The notes under the pieces are model-generated. The model saw nothing but the letters and a program-made list of their open reading frames with translations, searched no databases and was not told the DNA's origin. A stretch of DNA of 32,000 nucleotides from Candidatus Saccharimonadota bacterium (GTDB lineage: Bacteria > Bacteroidota > Bacteroidia > Cytophagales > Amoebophilaceae), in assembly GCF_964030745.1 (NCBI RefSeq), contig NZ_OZ034918.1, forward strand, positions 930,001 to 962,000. The letters run 5' to 3'. Of this stretch, positions 24,824-32,000 are shown piece by piece; position 1 is the stretch's first letter, and the number at the start of each line of letters is the position of its first letter. A program made the translations under genes and the position numbers.

Positions 24824-26671
24824 ATGGATTACAAAAAAGCAGATCAAGCACTAAAAAGAACGAAACGACCAGGAGATAGTATAGAAACTGTGCAAATCCC
24901 CATTGGCAGTGCTGATGTCAAAGAGATGATCGCCCAAAAGTTGTATGCAGATAAAACAGCCTATATCACTAAGCTCTTTAAAACGAATGGCATCTATTAC
25001 TTTTTTGCAAGACCACGTAGATTTGGTAAATCTCTGCTCCTAGATACTATAGATCAAATAGCAAAAGGTAATAAAGCATTGTTTAAAACATGTGCTATTT
25101 ATAAAGACTCAACCTATACGTGGCAAAAATATCCTGTTATTTGGTTGAATTTGTCGGAATTAGCTAGAGATAATAGTACAGAAAAACTACAAAACAACTT
25201 AATAGATGTATTATATACCATTGCTAAAAACTATACTATAGATAGCAGTGCAATAGATCCTATTATAGGTGAGCCGACGGTAGAGGGAACACTAGGTAAG
25301 TTGATTGATGCATTAAAAAAATTAGGCAATGGCTATGCACCACAGCCCATTGTGTTAATAGACGAATACGACAGTCCATTAATTTCCGCTGAAAAAGAAC
25401 AATATGAAAAGGTGCTTTCTGTCCTGAGTTCCTTTTTTAAAGTTTTAAAAGCCCGTCAGAAGGACTGTAAATTTATTTTTGTAACGGGTGTCACTAAATT
25501 TCACTTGTCTGGTCTTACCTCAGGGGCCAATTCGGCTAATGACATATCTTTGCATGAAGATTATGCTGGAATGTTGGGCTATACAGAGGAGGATATAGAT
25601 AAACTATTTTTTAATGATAAGCAAGATAACATTTGGTCCGTTATACAAAATCTACAAGTAGAGTGCGGAAAAGGTGAGGGGTATACATCTGCGCAATTAA
25701 AGCAAGAGCTGAAGGATTATTATAATGGCTATTATTTTAGTCGAAGTGCTAAGCATGGTGTGTACAACCCAGATTCCATATTACGATTCTTTTATGCAAA
25801 AGATTTTGAGAATTTCTGGTTTAACTCGGGAAGTCCTACCATCTTATTGCAACAAATGAAGCAAAACATAGATCGGTTTAATATGGATTGGGATAAATGT
25901 AGTTTCCCAATAGATAAGATACGGTTTAAGTTGGTACATCCTTCGCTCCATGAAATGCCTTTACTTCCCTTGATGTACCAAACGGGATACCTCACGATGG
26001 ATCTCTCCCCATCTCATGTGCAAGATAAAAATAATCTCACCTATTATTTAAAGTTTCCCAACCAGGAAGTAAAATCTGCTTTAAAACTTATATTATCTGA
26101 TTTTATAGCTCAAAAACAACAAGAAGCAGGAAGAGCATATAGCGCGTCTATGCTAGATGATGTAAGAACGGATAACTGGTCTGCTTTCTTTAACCGCATT
26201 AGAAGTAGTTGTTTGGCCAAAGCAGGTTATCGCTTTCTAGATAAATCTGAAAGGAGCTTTCAGGGTGCTTTATATTCCTTGCTCAATGGTGCTTTTCATG
26301 CTACCTATGATACGTGGGCCAGTGCTGAAAGAGATAGTGGCATAGGCCGTACAGATATCATTATGGAGGACCAATATAATGACAGCAGAACCATCTATAT
26401 TTTTGAGTTAAAAGTAGGTAAATCAGCCTTAGAAGCGCTCGAGCAAATAGGTAATAAAGATTATAGTATTCAATATGATTTATGCCATAAGAAGGTACTC
26501 ATAGGCTTAAAATGTGATGCTGTAAAGCTTAATATTACGGAGGCAGTTGTTGAAGTACATCAACGTGATGCGCAGCATACTTTTCAGGTGATGCCACGTA
26601 AAAAATTCGCCGTTAATGCTGTTGGCTATTTTCAAGAAATAGGAGCACAAAACAACGATGTCTTCAAGTAA
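24824..26671 (+). CDS. AAA-ATPase-like domain / PD-(D/E)XK nuclease (PDDEXK_9-type) family protein, intact paralog
   Basis: ARPRRFGKS, VLIDEYDSP, YYNGY and NSGSP motifs. C-terminal GRTDIIMED...IYIFELKVGK (D...E-x-K). Confidence 0.8.
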   Translation: MDYKKADQALKRTKRPGDSIETVQIPIGSADVKEMIAQKLYADKTAYITKLFKTNGIYYFFARPRRFGKSLLLDTIDQIAKGNKALFKTCAIYKDSTYTWQKYPVIWLNLSELARDNSTEKLQNNLIDVLYTIAKNYTIDSSAIDPIIGEPTVEGTLGKLIDALKKLGNGYAPQPIVLIDEYDSPLISAEKEQYEKVLSVLSSFFKVLKARQKDCKFIFVTGVTKFHLSGLTSGANSANDISLHEDYAGMLGYTEEDIDKLFFNDKQDNIWSVIQNLQVECGKGEGYTSAQLKQELKDYYNGYYFSRSAKHGVYNPDSILRFFYAKDFENFWFNSGSPTILLQQMKQNIDRFNMDWDKCSFPIDKIRFKLVHPSLHEMPLLPLMYQTGYLTMDLSPSHVQDKNNLTYYLKFPNQEVKSALKLILSDFIAQKQQEAGRAYSASMLDDVRTDNWSAFFNRIRSSCLAKAGYRFLDKSERSFQGALYSLLNGAFHATYDTWASAERDSGIGRTDIIMEDQYNDSRTIYIFELKVGKSALEALEQIGNKDYSIQYDLCHKKVLIGLKCDAVKLNITEAVVEVHQRDAQHTFQVMPRKKFAVNAVGYFQEIGAQNNDVFK

Positions 26672-26688
26672 GGAGCAAGGGTTACATG

Positions 26689-28212
26689 CTAGGTACAAAC
26701 AGGGGAGCGATTGGCTGAACAGTTAGAATGTTGCAAAAAAGCTATGAGCCTTTTATAGGCCTTATCTTTACCTAGTAAAATAATAATTTCTGTAAGGTCT
26801 GGACCAGCCATATTTCCTGTAAGGGCCATACGTACGAGGGGCATGATACCAGGCGTTTTTTGTAACAATGGTTTAATCTGATCTCCATTCCATGCTGCTA
26901 GGGCTGTAAGACTTTCCGTAAAAGCCACCATTCCCTCTTTGGTTTGCTGATTCCACCTTTTCTCGATCAGCTCAGCCTCATAATCGAGAGGCTCAAAGAA
27001 GAAAAACCGGCCTTCTTGCCAAAAATCCTTTGGAAAGGTAATTCTATCCTTGACCAGGTTACAAATTGCTATCGCCTCTTCCTGGCTACAGCTTACACCC
27101 TCTTTAGCCGCTTCTTTGCTAAAGTAGTCAGCCCACGCAGCCAGCCCTTGTTGTTTAATATGCTGTTGGTTAAACCATTTTGCCTTAGCAATATCAAACT
27201 TAACCCCTGATTTGCCCAGGCGCTCGAGAGAAAAAGCTTCTATTAAAGCTTTTAGCGTAAATAGCTCTTGGTGGGTACCTGGGTTCCACCCCAGTAAAGC
27301 TAAGAAGTTTAACAATGCTTCTGGCAAATAGCCAGCTTCTCTAAATCCCTTTTCAACGGTAAGGTCGGGGCTGTTCCAGGTGATTGGAAATGCAGGAAAG
27401 CCATATTGGTCGGCATGGCGTTTGCTTAATTTGCCACTACCATTGGGTGCTAGCAACAGCGGCAAATGTATAAACTGGGGTGTTTGATCTGCCCAACCTA
27501 GGTAACGGTATAACAATATATGGATGGGGGTGGAGGGTAGCCACTCCTCACCACGGATGACATGGGTAATTTGCATGAGGTGGTCATCTACTACACTGGC
27601 AAAGTGGTAGGTAGGTAAGCCATCTGATTTCATCAATACCTTATCGTCCAACACAGAGGTATCTACTTTGACCCATCCACGGACGCCATCTTGAAAGCGT
27701 ATAAGCTCTTTATGGGGTATTTTCAGTCGAATGACATAGGGCTTCCCCGATGTAATCCATGCTTGCACTTGTTCTGCAGGCATGGTCAGCCCATTGCGCA
27801 TCCATTCACGGCTTATGGCATTGTATTGTGGGTGGGCCACTTTGGCTGCTTTAAGCCGTTCCCGCATGGCTTCGATCTCTTCTGGTGTGTCAAATGCATA
27901 ATAGGCATGGCCACTATGCAATAGGCTTTTTATATATTGCTGGTAGATCGCAGTGCGTTCCGATTGCCTGTAAGGGGCAAATGGCCCTCCTTGTTCAGGC
28001 CCTTCATCTGGCACCATGCCTAACCAATGTAAGCTTTCTAGAATGTAGGCTTCTGCACTAGCCACCAAACGTTTTTGATCGGTGTCTTCAATGCGCAATA
28101 TAAACCGCCCCCCCTCTTTTTTGGCCAAAAGGTAATTATAGAGAATGGTTCTTACACTACCAATATGTAAAGCCCCGGTTGGACTAGGGGCAAAGCGCAC
28201 ATGTACCGCCAT
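26689..28212 (-). CDS. gltX: glutamate--tRNA ligase
   Basis: RFAPSPTGALHIGSVRT (HIGH) and KLSKR (KMSKS) motifs, 507 aa. Confidence 0.92.
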   Translation of the reverse strand: MAVHVRFAPSPTGALHIGSVRTILYNYLLAKKEGGRFILRIEDTDQKRLVASAEAYILESLHWLGMVPDEGPEQGGPFAPYRQSERTAIYQQYIKSLLHSGHAYYAFDTPEEIEAMRERLKAAKVAHPQYNAISREWMRNGLTMPAEQVQAWITSGKPYVIRLKIPHKELIRFQDGVRGWVKVDTSVLDDKVLMKSDGLPTYHFASVVDDHLMQITHVIRGEEWLPSTPIHILLYRYLGWADQTPQFIHLPLLLAPNGSGKLSKRHADQYGFPAFPITWNSPDLTVEKGFREAGYLPEALLNFLALLGWNPGTHQELFTLKALIEAFSLERLGKSGVKFDIAKAKWFNQQHIKQQGLAAWADYFSKEAAKEGVSCSQEEAIAICNLVKDRITFPKDFWQEGRFFFFEPLDYEAELIEKRWNQQTKEGMVAFTESLTALAAWNGDQIKPLLQKTPGIMPLVRMALTGNMAGPDLTEIIILLGKDKAYKRLIAFLQHSNCSANRSPVCT

Positions 28213-28242
28213 ATAATTTAAAAAAATGTAACAAATAAGGCA

Positions 28243-28899
28243 TTATATTTTTGCCAAAACCGTAATACCCCCTTTTATTTTATCACCTACCGCTACTTGA
28301 ATATCAGCATCTATCGGTAAATAAACCTCTGCTCTTGAACCAAACTTGATAAAACCACATTTCTCACCCTGTTGTACTTCTTCACCCTCTTTAAAATAAA
28401 ACTTGATGCGGCGTGCCATAAAACCTGCTATTTGCCTAAAAAGAATTTGCTGTCCATTCTCATTTTCAATAACAATAGAAGTTCTTTCATTATGCGTACT
28501 GGCTTTGGGATGAAAGGCCACTAAGTACTTTCCTGGGTGGTATTTAAAAAAGACAATTGTTCCAGACATGGGAAACCGATTGACGTGCACATTAAAAGGA
28601 GACATAAAGATGCTGATTTTGATGCGTTCCTCCTTTAAATATTCTTCTTCATATACCTTTTGAATGCTAATGATTTTACCATCTGCTGGCCCCAATATGT
28701 ACTGATCTTGCGTATGGATGATACGGTATGGATCTCTAAAAAAGTAGATCAACCAAAAATATAAAGCGCCACTTACTACTGCAAACCCTATGGATTGATG
28801 GTAACTAAGCACCACTTTTTTATGCATACCATAATAGATAAGCAGCAGTAGAACAGGTGTCCATAATAAAATTTCTTTTCCTTCTTTATGAATTCTCAT
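28243..28899 (-). CDS. psd: phosphatidylserine decarboxylase (short membrane-anchored type)
   Basis: N-terminal TM segments. C-terminal GFIKFGSRAEVYLP contains the G-S self-cleavage-type motif. Confidence 0.85.
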   Translation of the reverse strand: MRIHKEGKEILLWTPVLLLLIYYGMHKKVVLSYHQSIGFAVVSGALYFWLIYFFRDPYRIIHTQDQYILGPADGKIISIQKVYEEEYLKEERIKISIFMSPFNVHVNRFPMSGTIVFFKYHPGKYLVAFHPKASTHNERTSIVIENENGQQILFRQIAGFMARRIKFYFKEGEEVQQGEKCGFIKFGSRAEVYLPIDADIQVAVGDKIKGGITVLAKI

Positions 28900-28947
28900 T
28901 ACTAAAAAAATTAAAACCTAGCGTTATCGTGGCATGATTTGGCTGTT

Positions 28948-29787
28948 TTATGCCCCACATGGTACCGTTATTTTTAAAAACGCAACTACTGAAGGAATGG
29001 TTAATAATAGGCTATCGACTCTATCCAAGAGTCCTCCATGGCCTGGAATCATTTCGCTAGCATTTTTTACATCTACACTTCTTTTAAGCAATGAGGCGAC
29101 TAAGTCTCCATAGGTTCCTGTAAAAATGGTAATTACTGAGATCGAAAGCCATTGCCATAGGGGTAAAATATTAAAAAAATAGGCGATCGCATAGCCAGCC
29201 ATAACTGCAAATAAAGCGCCTCCCCAAAATCCCTCCCATGTTTTTTGAGGAGAAATTCGTTTAAAAAGTTTCAATCGTCCTATGGTCGAACCTACCAGAT
29301 AGGCTCCTGTGTCTTGGCTCCACACAATGGCTAGTAAGCCTAATATCAACTGGTTGGAATAGCTACCTTTAAAAAAGGCTAGGTAATGGAGCATACTACA
29401 GGGAATGGCAATATACAAGATGCCTAAAAAAGTAGCTGCGATATCTAAAAAGGGGTTTGAGGCTTTTCGGCTATAAAGTGCAGCTATATATATTAGAATA
29501 GTGAATGGAATGCAACCATAGCCAAGTATTGGCGAGCAGTTACCTTGCAGGTAATAGGAAAAGGCTATGGTATATACAAGCAACCCTAGCCAAACCCCAT
29601 AGCCACGCATTGGGGCTACATTTGCTTGTTTGAGCAATTTATAAAACTCCAACATGGTGAGCATCACTACATAAAAGAAAAGAAAAAAATAGGTCCATGC
29701 AGACCAAAATATGGCAAAAATAATAAGTGGCGTAAAGAAGACAATCGAACAAAAACGTTGTACAAAATTGCTTTGTGTTTTCAACAT
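28948..29787 (-). CDS. cdsA: phosphatidate cytidylyltransferase
   Basis: Polytopic membrane protein with the signature GDLVASLLKRSVDVKNASEMIPGHGGLLDRVDS. Confidence 0.9.
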   Translation of the reverse strand: MLKTQSNFVQRFCSIVFFTPLIIFAIFWSAWTYFFLFFYVVMLTMLEFYKLLKQANVAPMRGYGVWLGLLVYTIAFSYYLQGNCSPILGYGCIPFTILIYIAALYSRKASNPFLDIAATFLGILYIAIPCSMLHYLAFFKGSYSNQLILGLLAIVWSQDTGAYLVGSTIGRLKLFKRISPQKTWEGFWGGALFAVMAGYAIAYFFNILPLWQWLSISVITIFTGTYGDLVASLLKRSVDVKNASEMIPGHGGLLDRVDSLLLTIPSVVAFLKITVPCGA

Positions 29788-29882
29788 AGGTGTAGGGTTT
29801 GGTTAGATTGTTACAATGATATAAAATTTAATGGGAATTTTTAGTCTTACTTTTTTCTTGATAAAAAAGTGGAATAAAATAA

Positions 29883-29998
29883 TCCATTATTGACCAGCGA
29901 CGTGAACGTACAAGGACAGATAATGGCGTCAACTTAAGGAATTTGCCTTATTTTTTACTCAGCACTGTGGTTGAAAACGCATTTTTTCTAGTTTTTTA
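29883..29998. repeat. mosaic of degenerate A1-TIR and family C fragments
   Basis: TAATGGCGTCAACTTAAGGAATTTGCC (29921-29947) resembles the A1 TIR. 29956-29998 is the reverse complement of 6553-6600. CCATTATTGACCAGCGACG resembles 6811-6835. Confidence 0.5.
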
Positions 29999-30026
29999 AG
30001 GAACTTCATTACACGCCTGTAGCTGT

Positions 30027-30367
30027 GCCCCTTATCTCCTTCGATAAAAAGTCTGGCCCGATAGTAAATAGCTGAATCGATATCTTTTTCAGCGGGAAAA
30101 TCGTGAACTCAGCCCGCAAGCGGGCTTCAAACAGACGATTTTCTAATCCGCTGAAAAAGATATCGATCAGGTGTTCGTGTTTTACTAGGCCTCTTGCAAA
30201 ACCTATTTCTAATGGCAATTTTGGTGTCGAAGCTTGTCTATGCTCCTCAAATACATTAAGTATTCTGCGGTGCTCAACTACACTTCTCCTAAAAATTGCT
30301 CATCACAAAGTAGGTTTTGCAAGAGGCCTACTAGAGCGCCATTTTTTTATCGAAGGAGACGCGGGGC
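30027..30367. mobile_element. A2-family hairpin element, copy 2, carrying a nested family B element
   Basis: TIRs GCCCCTTATCTCCTTCGATAAAAA / TTTTTATCGAAGGAGACGCGGGGC. The core is colinear with the reverse complement of 12357-12552. It measures about 195 bp once the nested insert is removed. Confidence 0.8.
30187..30329. mobile_element. palindromic MITE-like element, family B, copy 2 (nested in A2)
   Basis: Perfect TIRs AGGCCTCTTGCAAAACCTA / TAGGTTTTGCAAGAGGCCT. It interrupts GTGTTTTACTAGAGCGCC (intact at 12381-12398 on the other strand) and is flanked by a short duplication (TACTA/CTA; exact length is ambiguous). Confidence 0.85.
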
Positions 30368-30397
30368 TGATAATGATAAGAAAAGCTATTGTGGCCG

Positions 30398-30419
30398 CAT
30401 TCCTTTATCGGTGGCCACA
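30398..30419. repeat. solo A1-type TIR fragment
   Basis: ATTCCTTTATCGGTGGCCACA compared with ATTTCTTTATCGGTGGCTATA at 2281-2301. Confidence 0.45.
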
Positions 30420-30579
30420 AGTGCTGCGTATACCAATATTCCATGTAAAAAATGCTGTTCTACTTAATAGTCAATAATATTTATTTCTTAAGCCCGCGCT
30501 ATTGCAAGGACAGATGCTACTGCATAACCTTTATACAAAATTAACCGCTAATAGGTTAAAAACAATGTGGACACGTAAT

Positions 30580-32000
30580 TTACATAAAGTTTCGATCTTT
30601 TATAGGTGCAACTGGCTCATGTGCTTCCAACCAATTGCTGCCTATATTCCAGTTTACTTTAATGGGTACATTTTCCAGTGGCAAGGCTTGTTCCATGAGT
30701 AGCGGAATATGGTGCTGCAGGTCGGCGACTTCTGCTGCTGGTACATTAAAAACCAGTTCGTCGTGTACTTGTATAATCAGTTTGCTTTTCAGTTTATGGC
30801 TTTCTAGCCAATGGTGAATCTGAATCATAGCCAGCTTAATCATTTCGGCAGCACTGCCTTGAATAGGGGTATTGATCGCATTGCGTTCTGCAACACTGCG
30901 CAGCATGCTATTGCGGGCGTGTATATCGGGTAGTGGACGTTTTCTACCCAGTAGAGTGGTTACATAGCCATTTGCTTGGGCTTTGGCAATGGTTGTTTCC
31001 ATATATCTTTTAATACCTGGAAATTCTTGAAAATAGGCAGCAATCAACTCAGCTGCTTCTTGTCTAGATAAATTGCCCATTCGTTCCGATAGGCCAAAGG
31101 GAGAAATGCCATATATGATGCCAAAGTTGGCTATTTTAGCCTTTCGACGCATTTCTTCATCTACCTCCTCTGTTTTAAAGAGTTTGCTAGCAGTGATTCG
31201 GTGGATGTCTTTGTCTGCCTGAAAGGCCATGATCATTGTGGCATCTTGTGCATAAGCTGCCATAATCCGTAGCTCTATTTGGGAATAGTCGGCAGCAAAG
31301 AGCAGCGCTCCTTTCTGGTGTGGAATAAATGCTTTGCGCAATGCGCGCCCTATGGGGGTTCTAATTGGTATGTTTTGTAAATTAGGCGCTGTAGCACTCA
31401 ACCGGCCTGTAGTTACCACGGTTTGGTGATAAGTGGTATGCAGCCGCTTGTCTATCGGGTGGACCATTTTTGGCAATGCATCTACATAGGTAGAACGGAG
31501 CTTCTGCCAGCCACGGTATTCCATAATGGCTGCAATAATAGGATGCGTTTTGGTTAACTTGGCCAATACCGCTTCGCCTGTGGCGTATTGCCCTCCTTTG
31601 GTTTTAATCGGTTTTGCCTGCAGCTGCAATCTTTCAAATAATACCTCACCCAGTTGTTTGGGAGAATCAATATTGAATCTGGTTTGGGCCAATGTGTAAA
31701 TCTTTTGCGTCAGATCATCAGTGGTGCACTTCATCTTTTCCCCTAGGGTGGCTAGAAAGGGCAAATCAATGGAAACCCCTTCCTGTTCCATGGCTGCCAA
31801 TACTTGTACCAATGGCATTTCAACCCGGTAAAATAGGTCGGCCACGCCTTGTTCTGTTAGTGCTTGGGCAATAGTTGGGTACATTTGTAAGGCGAGGTCG
31901 GCCTGCTCGCCTACCGCTGCTTTGAGCCGCTGGGAGGTTGCTGCTGCTATATGGATTGGGTTAGGGGTATGGTCTAGATATTGTGCAGATAATGCAGCAA
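30580..32000 (-). CDS. polA: DNA polymerase I, polymerase domain (5' part lies beyond the window)
   Basis: Family A motifs DYSQIELR, RRKAKIANFGIIYG and QVHDELVF. The frame stays open from 31884 to the window edge, so the ORF-track Met is not the true start. Confidence 0.9.
   Translation of the reverse strand, partial: AALSAQYLDHTPNPIHIAAATSQRLKAAVGEQADLALQMYPTIAQALTEQGVADLFYRVEMPLVQVLAAMEQEGVSIDLPFLATLGEKMKCTTDDLTQKIYTLAQTRFNIDSPKQLGEVLFERLQLQAKPIKTKGGQYATGEAVLAKLTKTHPIIAAIMEYRGWQKLRSTYVDALPKMVHPIDKRLHTTYHQTVVTTGRLSATAPNLQNIPIRTPIGRALRKAFIPHQKGALLFAADYSQIELRIMAAYAQDATMIMAFQADKDIHRITASKLFKTEEVDEEMRRKAKIANFGIIYGISPFGLSERMGNLSRQEAAELIAAYFQEFPGIKRYMETTIAKAQANGYVTTLLGRKRPLPDIHARNSMLRSVAERNAINTPIQGSAAEMIKLAMIQIHHWLESHKLKSKLIIQVHDELVFNVPAAEVADLQHHIPLLMEQALPLENVPIKVNWNIGSNWLEAHEPVAPIKDRNFM

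Noticed and set aside
30009-30477. ORFs 30009-30218 (-), 30103-30477 (+) and 30234-30467 (+)
   Set aside because: All run through the A2 and B palindromic elements in an intergenic spacer. Their sequence similarity to ORF 22044-22238 (-) reflects the shared repeat DNA, not a protein family.

Overview
AT-rich bacterial window with Bacteroidota-style housekeeping genes. By inference only, the gene content and mobile-element load resemble an obligate intracellular symbiont of the Amoebophilus/Cardinium type.

Core genes: hemW, an MsbA-like ABC exporter, murF, an Omp85-like protein, a DUF2795 protein, a LolC/E-type permease, metG, ppdK, gltX, psd, cdsA, the 3' part of polA, and a tRNA-Arg/Pro/Ser cluster.

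The accessory and mobile layer is dense:
- An AAA-ATPase-like/PD-(D/E)XK gene is split by an IS5-family element and by a complete group II intron. The intron sits exactly in the E-x-K nuclease motif. A 382-bp MITE lies at the gene's stop codon. An intact paralog lies at 24824-26671.
- A 664-aa ankyrin protein is built from 17 near-identical 102-bp units. It appears truncated by a 1-nt indel in a homopolymer.
- At least two families of about 145-190 bp hairpin-forming, MITE-like elements occur in several full and fragmentary copies.

Most notable is a 144-bp (48-codon) palindromic element inserted in frame into the N-terminal region of ppdK. A second copy is nested inside another element in an intergenic region. 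This resembles the Rickettsia palindromic element (RPE) phenomenon. Copies of both families carry compensatory changes that preserve their stems.

All calls come from reading the sequence and recalling motifs. No searches were run.
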